A DNA stretch of 64,000 nucleotides, from positions 1,283,520-1,347,519 of the forward strand of contig MU053561.1 in the NCBI GenBank assembly GCA_013239625.1, written 5' to 3'. The notes below the pieces were generated by a model. That model searched no databases. It was not told where the DNA came from and saw nothing but the letters and a program-made list of their open reading frames with translations. The translations under genes were made by a program, and so were the position numbers. Below, piece by piece: positions 1-11,868 of the stretch (position 1 is its first letter; every line of letters begins with the position of its first letter). Source of the stretch: Lama guanicoe (lineage: Eukaryota).

Positions 1-1187
1 GCCTCCTCCTAACACGGGGTCAGATGCAGCTCTCCTCTGCTGCGGGCGGGCGGGTCACTGCCCCCTCCGGATGCCGCAGTCAGATGTTGCAGACTGGCCA
101 AGCAGGAGGGCGGGTCGTGCCCCTTCCCAGCACCTAGGTCAGGGGTTGTGTTCCTGCCCGACAGGCTGGGGGCCGCTCTCCCCCTGCCTGCGCCGCTGGT
201 AGCTCCGCTGCTCTGTGTGACTGCGCGCTCTGTGCCTGCGCTCCGCCCTGGCCGGCGCTCCGCCCCGTTCGGCGCTCCGCCCTGGTTGGCGCTCAGTGCT
301 GGTCGTGCTCCGCGGGTGGGCTCGGGGAAGACCGAGGGGCAGCCTAGTCCCTGCTCCGAGCCAAGTCCCAGCTGCTTGTCTGTCTTTGTGGAGCAAGTTC
401 TCTGGGGGACCAGAGTGGAAGGATCCTATCTGCCCAGGGCTGTAGGCCCGTCTCAGTCTGGCCTTTGAGGCTGCTAAGCCCTTCAGTGGGGATGCAGGTT
501 TCGCCCCCGCCCCCGCCTGGGTGCTCAGCGCCGGAGAATATGGCGGCTCTGCCTGGGCCCCGCCCCTCTTCCCCTGAAAAGTTTCCGCGGGTTTTCAGAG
601 ATGGGGGTATGCACCCTTCCCCCGAGAGCACATCAACCTTGCTGTTTTATGGAGGGCCCAGGTTGTTCTGTCCTGTACACCCACAGCCCCGGCGCCCAGC
701 CCCTTGCAGTCCCCTGGAGCTGCCTCCGTGCAGCCGCCCCCGTCCTCCGCCCGGCTTGTGCAGCCTGGCCCTGCCCGCCGCTGCCGGCCGGCGTCTCAGG
801 CTGGGTGTCGGGGGGACGCTCTGTGCCCGTTTAACTTAGTTCTGTCAGACAAGGGCTGCTCTGTACAGATCCGAGCCTTGGAGGCTCCCCCTCCGTCCCG
901 CTGGCCTCTCAATTGGAGAGGGGAGACCCAGCGAGCGAGCGCCAGTCCTCCTTTGCCGCTCCCTCCCCGCGGGACCCGTCCCGCGCTGCTTTGCCTTTTG
1001 TTCTTTCTTTTTTCCTTTTCTCCTACCAGATTTTTGGCGTCTTTATCTTTTGAAGAGGGCGATGATCTGTTGGAGTTCCGCAGGTGCTCTGGTTGGCTGA
1101 GTGGGTCTGTAGATGTGGGTCTTGGTGTATTTGTGGGAGAGGGTGACTTACAAGCGTCCTTCTACTCCGCCATCTTGCCTGGAAGTC
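1..1187 (-). mobile_element. 5' UTR (internal Pol II promoter) of a young, probably full-length L1; the rest of the element lies left of the window
   Basis: Minus strand begins GACTTCCAGGCAAGATGGCGGAGTAGAAGGACGCTTGTAAGTCACCCTCTCCCACAAATACACCAA, a typical L1 5' terminus with a YY1 site. It resembles the decayed L1 5' end at ~29740-29785. It is CpG-rich with an abrupt boundary against AT-rich old L1 at 1188. Confidence 0.88.
1167..1176 (-). promoter_or_regulatory. YY1 site at the L1 transcription start
   Basis: AAGATGGCGG on the minus strand, ~11 nt from the L1 5' end, the canonical position in mammalian L1s. Confidence 0.8.
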
Positions 1188-3093
1188 ACAACACAGTATT
1201 AACTATTTTATACATTGGATCTTCAGAAAAGTCACCATTTTATATATTGGATCTTAAGACTTTATTCATCTTCTAACTGAAGGCTTGTACCCTTTTACCA
1301 ACCTCTCCCTCTTCCCTTACCCCCCAGGTCCTGACAACTCTCACCCATTCTACTTTCTGTTTCTATTTTTTAAAAATAAAAATTTCACACATAAGTGAAA
1401 CCATGCAGTATTTGTCTTTCTCTGCCTGGCTTATTTCATTTAGGATAATGCTAGGTTCATCCATGTTGTCTCAAACGACAGGATTTCCCTTCTTTTAAAG
1501 GCTGAAAATTCTATTGTATCTATATACCACATCTTTATCCATTCATCCACTGACAGGCACTTAGGTTGTTTCCACATTTTGGCAATTGTGAATAATGCTG
1601 CAGTGAACATGGGGGTGCAGATATCTCTTTGAGATAATGGTTTCATTTCCAGAAGTGGGACTGCTGAACCATGTGATAGTTCTATTTTTAATTTCTTGAG
1701 TAACCTCCATTCTGTTTCTCCACGGTGGCTTTACCAGTTTACATTCTCAACAGTAGTGCACAAGGTTTCCTTTTCTCCACATGCTTGCCATTATTTATCT
1801 TTTGTCTTTTTGATAATAGCTATTTTAACAAATGTGAAGTGGTATCTCACTGTGGTTTTGGTTTGCATTTCTCTGATAATGATGTTGAGCATCTTTTCTT
1901 GTACCTGTTGACCATTTGTATGTCGTCTTTGGAAAAATGTCTATTCAGGTTTGTTGCCCCTTTTAAAAAATCAGGTTGTTAGCTTTTTTGCTATTAAGTT
2001 GTGTGGGTTTCTTGTATATTTGTGGTATTAAACCCTTACTGGATAGATGATTTGCAAATGTTTTATTTCATAGGTTGCCTTTTCATTTTGTTCACTGTTT
2101 CTTGGATGTGCAGAAGCTTTTTAGTTTGCTGTAGTCCAGCTTATTTATTTTTGCTTTACTTGCCTTTGCTTTTGGTGTCAGCCCCTCCTCCGCCAAATAT
2201 TGCTAAGACCACTGACAAAGAGATTATTGCTTATGCTTTCTTCTAGGAGTTTTATGGTTTCAGGTCTTAAATTCAAGTATCCATTTGAGTTGACTTGTGT
2301 AAGTGGTGTAAGATCAGGATCCACTTTCATTCTTTTGCATGTGAATAATTTTCCCGCAACCACTTATTGAAGAGACTATCCTTCCCCTGTTGTATGTTGG
2401 CTCCTTCATTGAAATTAATGTATCACATAGCCACGGATTTACTTGTGGGTTTTCTACTCTATTTCATTGATCTTTATATCTGTTTTTATGCTAATACCAT
2501 ACTGTTTTGAATATTATAGTTTTGTAATGTAATTTGAAATCAGGAAGTTTGATGCCTGCAGCTTTTGTTCTTTTCTTTCAGGATTGCTTTGGCTATTTGG
2601 GATCTTTTTATGGTTTCACACAAATTTTAGGGTTTTTTCCTATTTCTGTAAAAAAAAGAATGCCACTGGATTTTTTATAAGGATTATGTTGAATCTGTAG
2701 ATCATTTTGGGTAGAATGGACATTTGAACAATGTTAATTCTTCCAGTCTATGAACATGGACTGTATTCCCATTTTTCTTATGTTGTCTTCAGTTTCTTTC
2801 ATCAATGTTTTATGGTTTTCAGTGTACAAACATTTCACCCCCTCAATTAAATTTATTCCTAAGTATTCTTTTTGATGCTACTGCAATTGAGACTGTTTTT
2901 TTTTAAATTTCTCTTTCTGATAATTTGTATTGGATATAAACAACTGATACTTTATATTGATTTTGTATCCTCTAATTTTACTGAATTCATTTATTAGTTC
3001 TAGGAGATTTTTGGTGGCCTTAGGGTTTTTTATATATAATATAATGCCACCTGCAAACAGTGACAATTTACTTCTTCCTTTCTAATTTGGGTG

Positions 3094-3131
<38 letters not shown>

Positions 3132-3888
3132 TACTGGATGGGACTTCTGGTACTATTGAATAAAAGTGGCAAGAGTGGGTATCCTTATCTTGTCCCTTAG
3201 AGGAATATGATTTCAGCTGTGAGATTGTAATATATGGCCTTTATTCTTTTGGGGGGTACATTCCATTTCTACCTAATTTTGTTAAGAGTTTTATTATGAA
3301 AGGATATTAATTTTGTCAAATACATTTTCTGCATATATTGAGATGATCATATTATTTTTATCCTTCATTTTGTTAATGTGGTTATCACGCTTTTTGATTT
3401 GTGGTTGCCAAACCACCCTTGTATCCTAGGAATAAATCCCACTTGGTCATAGTATATGATCCTTTTCATGTGCTATTGAATTTAGTTTACTGTTGTTTTG
3501 CTGAGGAGTTGTACATCTATATTGAGTAGGGATATTGGTCTATAATTTTCTTTAAGATTCTTATAGTATCCTTGTCTGTATCCAGATAATGCTGGCCTCA
3601 TAAAATTAGTTTGGAAGTATTCCATCCTCTTCTGTTTTTCAGAAAAGTTTGGAAGGACTGGTTTTAATTTTTCTTTAAATATTTTTTAGACTCCACCAGC
3701 AAAGTCATCTGATCCTAGATTTTTCTTTATTGGGAGGTTTTTAATCACTGATTCAATCTCCTTATTACTAATTGGTCTATTCAGGTTTTCTGTTTCTTCA
3801 TGGTTCAGTCTTGGTATGTTACACATTTTTAGGAATTTATCCATTTCTTCTTGGTTATCTAATTTGTTGGCATATAATTGTTCATAGG
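1188..3888 (-). mobile_element. Old 5'-truncated L1 (L1MA/L1MB-like): 3' UTR plus ORF2 3' half, degenerate
   Basis: ORF2 peptides on the minus strand: 1440-1646 ([28 protein letters not shown]), 2178-2363, 2878-3066 (SLFA..IILYIKNPK..LLELINEFSK..GYKINI, RT region). Confidence 0.93.
3096..3128 (+). repeat. Poly-T tract (33 nt) inside the old L1
   Basis: Uninterrupted T run. Confidence 0.95.
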
Positions 3889-4959
3889 ACCCCGGAGATC
3901 CTTATGTGCACTAAGGTTTGAGGAGCAGCAGGTTAGATCAGATGTGAAGTCTGTTCTGTTTACATGATGTCCAGTTGCCTCTAATATTTGGCTCCTTCTG
4001 TGGCAGCTCAGCTAGAGGAGGTGTCATGACTAATTATCAAGAACTTAGCAGGAACACCTTGAATACATACACAATCATGAATACAGTTTCATGAAATGGA
4101 GCCAAGACCAGGACAGGTGTAGTAAGTAGCAGGTGCCAGGGTATGAACCAGATCAGAGCAGTAGAGACGTACTGCTGTAACCCTAAATGCAGTTCATTCC
4201 ACAGTCAGTTAAAGGATGTCAACGCTAAGAAATCTAGATGTAAAGAGGGTGCAGTGCCTATGACTTGCTGCTGTGGTAAAGTCAGCCTAGGATGCAGATA
4301 CCTCAACTGTGTTCAACAACAAATGGCAGTCATGCCCTGAGATGTACTAGGCCTGGCGTGACCAAGACAGACAGAATCCTTGCTTTCAAGAGCTCACCTT
4401 CTGGTGGAGAGACAGTGGGCAGCTTAGCCCTCAGTAGTTTCTTGGGTGACATCTGGCAGCCAAATTCCTGCGGAAAGACATTGAGGGGGAAGCACAAGAT
4501 TGGATGTAGAACGAGCTCGAAGGAAGGCGAGGCTTCACTCATTTTCCATCACTCTTCCATGTTTTGTTTCAACCTCATTCAGTAAAACCACAGGAGGAAA
4601 TATACCTATTCTGAGAATGAAGAATACAGCCAGAGCTCAAATCATTTGGATTTCATTAGTTGGAATTTGTAATAATTTGGAGAGTGGCTTAACCGAAGTT
4701 TACCTAAATTCATCTATGAAAAAAACCCCAAAAAACAAAAACATTGATTCTATAAACTTGAGTAAACCTGCTTTCAAACATATTCAAAGTTCTCTGTTAG
4801 ATATCAGTAAGTGTAAAACTAATTACAAATCATTTTAGAGTTGTCCCTAAATTTGCTTCTAGTGAACCTAGTACACAGGACCAGTTATTCAGTCTATTTT
4901 GCAATATTTCAAGTATCTGAAAATAGTATAACTATTTCTTTCTGAAGTGGCTTGGAATT

Positions 4960-5150
4960 CTCTCCCTATCTTTCCCTATATAAGGCCTTTCTCTCTCCTT
5001 TTCGCTTCTCCCTCTCTCCTGACCTCTTCCTCCCCCCACCTTTACCTTTTTTCTCCCCTACCTCCTTATTTCCCTCCTTCCTCTTTTTCTTCTGGCTTTT
5101 TCACCTGCCCCCCACCCTGCCACGCCCTCACTCTGCCTCTCTCACTTCTG
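4960..5150 (+). repeat. Low-complexity polypyrimidine (CT-rich) tract
   Basis: Mostly C/T over ~190 bp. Confidence 0.75.
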
Positions 5151-7024
5151 TTTCTAACCAGAAGTTGAGAGAAGTTTTAACTGAAATAAGCATTACCAAA
5201 TAAGAAACTGGGCAATCGGAATGTTTCCAAATGCTAAGCCTTCCTCTGCGAATTTCCTTGGGTGAAGCAGGCTGAGCTCGAAAATACCTGTGCTCCAGGC
5301 AGCAAGCTCTAGGCTCGCCACACAGGCTGCCTGACCATGGGTTTGCAGGCAGGCTCTGTTCCTCCTGCCTTTTCAACCTTTTTACATCAGCCAATCTGTA
5401 ATTTAAATGACATGCGTTGATTACTGTGGAAACATCCAGCAGCACACGTTTTCTTACAGAAATAAAGAATTCTGGTGGCAATTTATTAATGTTAAATTGC
5501 CTTTACAGGGCAGAAGGAGAAAAAGACTCTAATTTGCACACGCATTCTTCTGGAATGACTCTTTACCATCATGAAGCCATTTCAGCTGTCTCATCCCTAA
5601 TTACCACTTGGTATCTTTCTCTCTCCCCTTTGCTCCTTCCCTAGTGTTCTCTTTGTTTTTAATTGGGGATTCCAGCCATCTGGATCCACTAGCTTATGAA
5701 GGCATCAGAGAAACAGAACATAAAAGAAAACAAACTTCACCCATTTCAATCAAGTCCACATCTGAAAGCTCCCATACTCCGCAGCATTTCCTTTGCTATA
5801 GGAAATATGGTGTCAGAATGAGCCAGACTGAAAGGATGTCTGGGGATGAATGCAAAGAGAAATGCTAATGCCCCATTAGAGTTCAGGCCTGGGCTCCAAA
5901 CCACTTGAAGGAGAAGCTGCCCAGCATGTCAGTTTGCCACATGGTGGAGGAAAGGACCTGGGGGGTTTATGATGAGAAGTCTGGGCTTTGCAAGCAACCC
6001 CATCTGGGTTTGAACCCTGGCTCAGCCATTTTGAATGCTCTAATTTGGGGCAGGGTTTTTTTTTTTAATACTTCATTTTTTACCTAGAAAGATTGGGAAG
6101 CTTTAAAGGTGTGATTATTAAGTCAAGTGAAATATGAAAATACTCATTAAATGATATTTTAAAATATTGGTTTAAAGGTAATAGCAGCACATATGATGGC
6201 TTCTTGGGGCCAAGTTTGTATAGGAAGAACTTAGGGGTTGATAGGAATGGCTGCACGTCTTATCTTGAGGTTACAGATGCACTGTAAGTAGCACACTCTT
6301 TTTGTCTAGTGGTTATTTGGGGTAAAAGACAATTATGGAGCAGGGGCCAGGAGTCTGCAAAGCCACTCTTTGGTACTGCCTTTGCATCTGCTAATGGTAA
6401 CTATTAGTAACAGTTTAGAGAAGTTTATTTCAGTTTCCTTCCCTTCCACCCTCCATACCTTCATGAGTATTTTCTCAAAGCAGCCCACCTTCTAAATGTT
6501 CTTCCCTCCACTTCTTTCCAGCTCTAACTTTATCCTCATCCAGGCTGTCACAGCCTCTTATCCAAGCCACAGCCACAGCCTCCAAAACAACTTCCCTTTC
6601 TTATGTTTTCTTTCATTCTTCTTATTTGAGCCTCAGTAATCTTACATAGTAACCTGAGAGTTTTATACACCAAGCATGGCATTTAACTTAAAAAAATTTT
6701 AATGGCTTTTCACTGCCCATAGAAATAAAGTGCAATAGAAATAAAGGCTCTACATGTTTCTTTGGTTTCTGTTAACCTCTCCAGCACTAGCGAGCCCTGG
6801 CCTCCGCTGCTCTCCTCTCCAGCCATACTGGACATGTCTGAGTCCAGGACTGTTTTGTGCTCACTCTCATCTCCACGCTGTTCCCTCTGCTTGGAGTGTG
6901 CGTCTCTGTTCTCTTCACCTGTCTAATTCCTCTTCATTCTCTCTGTATCTACTGGGTTATCCTACCTTCCCTAATGGCTCAGCTTGTTGTCAGGCCACAG
7001 AGCACTTGCAATAGTTTATTGGTA

Positions 7025-7760
7025 ATTCACTCATTCTTTCTCTCAGTCAACCATTCGGTAAATATGTGGTTAGGTGCTGTGCTCAACACTGCAGAAACAA
7101 TGATGAACAAAACCAGACAGGAATCTCCTCATGGTGCTCAGTCTATGGGGAGAGACAGAACTTAAAATCAAATAATCACACAAACCAATTTATAATTACT
7201 AATTACATGAGTGTATGAAGACAGAATGCATAGTGCTGAAAGAAGTAATTAACCAGGAGATCTGATCTGACCAATGAATGAGGAAAGATGTCTCCATGGA
7301 AGTGATGCTTGAGCTGAGATCCTAAGGATGAACAGGAGTTAACTAAGCGATGAGAAGGTCAGGCGGGAACAGCATAGATAAAGCCTGTGGCAGGTGGGCA
7401 CATGCCAAGTTTGAGGAAATGAAGACGCCCATGTGGCAAGAAAGTGATGAGGATAGAGACATACATAGTCAGTGTATCACAAAAAGATCTGCAGGCCATG
7501 TGAAGGATTTTTCACTTTATCTTGAATGCTCTTCTAAGTCAAGAAGGGATTAGGGGGAGGACAGAGTGGCTGTGAGATAACCAGTTGGGAGGCTTCTGCT
7601 GTGCTGCAGAGGATGGTGGATCAAAACAGACTGGGACCTCGGAGATGAAAAACAGTGGCTGGATTTAAAAGGTATTTAAGAGGCAGAATGCACTAGACAT
7701 GATGATGAGTTGAATGTAGGGATAATGAGAAAAAGTTGTTGAGGATGAGTTTTAGCTTAT
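7025..7760 (-). mobile_element. L2 fragment (3' end)
   Basis: ATTCACTCATTC tail-like start, GGTGCTGTGCT..ATGAACAAAACCAGAC, and GAAGTGATGCTTGAGCTGAGATCCTAAGGATGAACAGGAGTT, typical antisense L2 motifs. Confidence 0.75.
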
Positions 7761-8589
7761 AGAATTTACTACAAAAAGAAACCGAGAAGCCCAGAGGGAT
7801 GTTCTGGGATTTAGTTTTGTACACTTTGGCTTAATTTGTTCTCTTCTGCTAGACTGTGACAGTCAGGGATTGTTTGCCTTTTTCATCAGTACATACCTGG
7901 GAACTACACATCACATGTACATTATAGATATGCAGTAGATTTATTGACTGATACAAAATGCTTGAATTCCCACTTTGGGGTTAATTTATTGAAGAACCGT
8001 GTGCTGGTAAAATCAGCAGTTAGTGCCTCCTCTGTGCAGCCACTAGAGTTGCCTCCCTTCTGAATTCAGAAGTTGACTTCACTTTCAACTCCATTTTCAC
8101 ACAAATACTGTGCCGGTCTTACTGATAAAAACAGTTGCCCTCAACCAATGCAGTCTCTTCTTGCCAGACCTTGCTCCACCCTGTGTGGTTTTCCTCCAGT
8201 TTTTTTCAGCTATGTGTCCATTCCAAAGTAACGACTTCCCTGTAGCCAGACTTACTACCATATACTCTGGGCTTGTGAAAAACCCCCAGGGTCATCGGAA
8301 GAAATTTTCAAAAGCCATCATCCTAATATTATTCGTCCATTGCTCATTACCAGTTAATGGTATCTAACCCATGCCCCAGTACATTTCCAAGACTTCTTTG
8401 TCCAATGTTTACTCTAGCTTAAACATTACATAAAACATTGCAGTCTTCCAAGTACAGAATAACACTGAATTCACACAAAGTATTTCTTTACTCACAACAC
8501 AGAACAGCAGGCAAGCATGTCTGATTCTCACCACTAACCCCGTTATTTCCTGAACACGTATATCCTTCATTCCCGGAACGATAGAAGCG

Positions 8590-8830
8590 ATCATTTATTG
8601 AGCATTTACTCTGCTCTGTATGTCATTCTACGCACTTTACTTGTATTTATTAATTTAATCCGCACTACAATCCTTTTAGGTGGGCACTGTTTCCATTTGA
8701 CAGATGGTGACACTGAGGCATGAAGAGGTTAAGTAGCTTGCCCAGGTTCACCTGACTGGGGAGTGGCAGCCCGGGGATTCATGTTCAGGCAGTCTGGCTC
8801 CAGGGTCCTCCCCCTTTACCCCACTCCACG
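8590..8830 (-). mobile_element. MIR SINE
   Basis: MIR core CATTTGACAGATGGTGACACTGAGGCATGAAGAGGTTAAGTAGCTTGCCCAGGTTCAC. Confidence 0.85.
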
Positions 8831-9340
8831 TGCTGCCTCTCAGACAGCTTTCCCCTTACATGCTGAGGCCTGGGCAGCCAGGGTCAAGAATTCCAGTTCT
8901 ATAGCTTGTTTACACCAAAATTTTTTACAGATAATCTGTTTGAGTCCAAATGAAGTTTCAACACTTTTATCCTGGCACTGAGGGTCGGCCTCAGCATGGC
9001 TCAGACCCACATTTCCAGGCTTAGATCCCTGTCCGCTGCCTGAACGCAGCCCTTCTGCCCGCGCTGCTCCTCTGTGCGTTCTCATCTCCACGCCTGTGCA
9101 TGGATGCCCTCCTGCTGTCTCCGCGCAGACTTCCTCATCTCCAGGACGTGTCTCGCGTCTCCTTCGTGAAGTTCTTCCTCATGCCCCTAACTCTTCATTT
9201 GAACTCACAGAGCACCTTCTTTCCTTGGTACTTGTGATAGTTTTCAAAATATATTTATTTCATACAGTCCTAACTGTACGATTTTAGAGCTGAAAGGGAC
9301 CTCAACAATCATCTAACCCAAAAGTTCTCATTCCTTTTTT

Positions 9341-9832
9341 AAAAAAACGTAACATGACCCATTTTAAAACAAGCCATTCAGCAGCATTTGGTCCATCCAT
9401 AATTTGGGGCAACCGCCACTTCAATCTAGTTAGTTCCAGAACACTTCAGAGTAAAACCCCCCTACACATTAAGCAGTTCCTCCCTATTCCTCCCTCCCCT
9501 ACCCTGTGGAAACCAACAATCTGTGTTCCATCTCTGTGGATTTATCTATTCTGGATCTTTCATGTAAGTGGAATTGTATAACATATGGCCTTTTGTGTCT
9601 GGCTTCTTTCACTTAGTGTAATGTTTTGGAGGTCCATCCATACTGTGGTATATATCAGCATTTCCTTTTTATGGATGAATAACACTCCATTGTCTGCATA
9701 CACTACAGTTTGTTTATCCATTCATCCACTGATGGACACTGGAGCTACTTCTGATTTTTGACCATTCTGAATAGCACTCTTCTGGGGCAGGTGTTTGAAG
9801 CTGCCTATTCTGCCATTTTACTGACATCCAGC
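9341..9832 (-). mobile_element. Short L1 remnant: 3' UTR joined to an L1 5'-terminus-like segment, flanked by a TSD
   Basis: L1M 3' UTR motifs at 9350-9780. GATGTCAGTAAAAATGGCAGAATAGG (minus) near 9804-9828. Flanks CTCATTCCTTTTTT (9327-9340) and CTCATCCCTTTTTT (9833-9846). Confidence 0.75.
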
Positions 9833-10339
9833 CTCATCCCTTTTTTCAAATGAACTATTATTAGAAGCCAGTTGTATAATAGATACAAATAGATGGAAGT
9901 GAGCTTCTCTGGTTGAAGCCTGGTATGGGGCCTTTCCCCTCAAATTAGACCAAGGAACTCAAGTCTAGGGTCCTCTGTGGAACCCAGTTTGAGGGCCTCT
10001 GAGTTAGACCATCTCCTCCGTGTTATAGATGAAGAAACTGAAGCCCAGACTTTGCACTAAAGCCGAATAGCTGATTAGTATGACAACACACACTTACCAA
10101 AATATGTTTAAATAACAAGCTCATGATGAAGCAGGAATTAAATTAGGATAAGATGGCACATTTTCAGGACATATTTATAATAAATAATCAGCCTCTTTGT
10201 TCAGGAAAACGTACAGAAAACCCCGGAAAAAACTGAACTTCTACACCGACTCTCATAAATACAACATCTTATTTTATCATGAGATTCATGTATCTGATTC
10301 TGTAGAAGTGGATAAATCTACAGTATAGTACAATATAAT

Positions 10340-10510
10340 ACCTTTGTTGCACATTAGAATCACTAGGGAAAATTTCACAAAATTCTGATGCCTGGCCCCA
10401 TCCCAGCACAATTAAAGCAGAATTTCTGGAGGTGGGGACCAGGTATCAGAATGCTAAAAAGATCTCCCCAGGTGATTCTAATGTTCAGGCAAGGTTGAGA
10501 ACCTCTGGCT
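10340..10510. mobile_element. MER5A-like hAT-Charlie DNA transposon
   Basis: TGCACATTAGAATCACTAGGG ... CCCCAGGTGATTCTAATGTTCAGGCAAGGTTGAGAACCTCTG; quasi-palindromic arms. Confidence 0.85.
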
Positions 10511-11771
10511 TTGGCTGTGGCCACAAATACATCACTCTTACTCATTTTTTCTATGTACTCTTCCCCCCAGTGCCTAGCTTCCATGTCACAGGACCTTCTC
10601 AGGCTACTCCAGTGCACTCTTCTCACTCTTCTCAAAAGAACTGGGGCAGTTGGGGGTTTCACTTATTTTGCTCTTAACCATGCCCTGACAAGCATTGTTT
10701 CTTGCCTCTTGCCTGAATTGGCCTTGTGTCCTCAAATGGAATACAAGGTCTTGATGATCAGAAGTAGAATCTGCACCCCTCTCCTCTTCTTGCTTCCCCG
10801 TTATTTCTAAATCACCCATCATAAAATCTGTGCTTCTTTTCTGTTAAAAACACAGTTATCCTGCTGTTAACCTAGGGTTGAAGCATTGGGTATCTGTGGA
10901 ATGGCTCTGAAGACTGAATGTGATACAAACAGACTGTGAATATCCTTGGAAAGCATGCCACGTTATTTACACACAAAAGATCACATTGCTATTGTAACTA
11001 GGAAGAAAAACAGCCATCCTTTTATTTTGCTTTCCAGGAAGTATACTGCAGAGAATTACAGAAAAAAGGAAAACCTCAATTTCCTTTCTAGTTTAATTCA
11101 AATTTGCTTTCATAGAAAAAGGACACACTTCATTATTGTCCAGGGACTTACATATCTCATTGAACTCCCACAGTGCTTTTATAGGGATTACCTTTATTTT
11201 ATAGCTGAAAAAATTAAAATTGTTTAAGACCCTACTTACAAATGGTATAACTGGAACCCAGGTTTGTCCTACTCTAAAACCCGTATCATTTTATCAAACT
11301 CACATGCTCCTTAGAGTACATAACAATTATAACGGTGTGGCTAGGATTTCTTATTCCAAGTTGCATGAAATTGATGTGGTATAAAATGGTAAGTTTTCAT
11401 GGAATGGTCTGAAAGGGACTCCCTGCAAAGTATATGTGACTGGGACTACAAGATGGACTGTTTCTTCGTGGGGAATTATCTTCTCCTGAAACAGGTTTAT
11501 CATCCCTATACAAATTGGTCCCAAGGTCTTGTACCCTCTGCTTTCTCCCACATTTTTGTGTGTTACTTGCTGTAACAAGTATTGAAAGCAAGATCTTCAG
11601 AGGGTACAAAGCATAGAAAAAGACAGATAATGCTTGTCTGTTCTTCTGATATCTCTATTTGCCTTAAGTCTAGAGCTGGCCAGACTTTGAAAAGGAAGTA
11701 TGATACAGAGACTTGAGAGACTCCAAAATGACCTTTTTATACAAAAATATTTCTCTAAAAACCTTAGAATT

Positions 11772-11868
11772 AAAAAAAAAATTTTTTAATGGAGGTACTG
11801 GAGATTGAACCTAGGACCTCCTGCATGCTAAGCATGGGGTCTACCACTGAGCTATACCCTTGCCCCCC
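11772..11868 (-). mobile_element. vic-1-type camelid tRNA-derived SINE
   Basis: Minus strand GGGTATAGCTCAGTGGTAGACCCCATGCTTAGCATGCAGGAGGTCCTAGGTTCAATCTCCAGTACCTCC with Pol III A and B boxes. 13-bp TSD AAACCTTAGAATT at 11759-11771 and 11869-11881. Confidence 0.9.

Noticed and set aside
139..1276. GC-rich ORFs (85-190 aa) read as a host gene first exon in a CpG island
   Set aside because: They lie within an L1 5' UTR. Pro/Arg/Gly-rich ORFs are expected from stop-codon scarcity in GC-rich DNA.
8040..8420. Coding-looking unique sequence (possible decayed exon or retroelement)
   Set aside because: Stops in most frames and no recognisable motif; would need TBLASTX or Dfam to assess.
11790..11860. 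tRNA-Ala-like gene
   Set aside because: TSD, tail and a disrupted stem show it is a tRNA-derived SINE.
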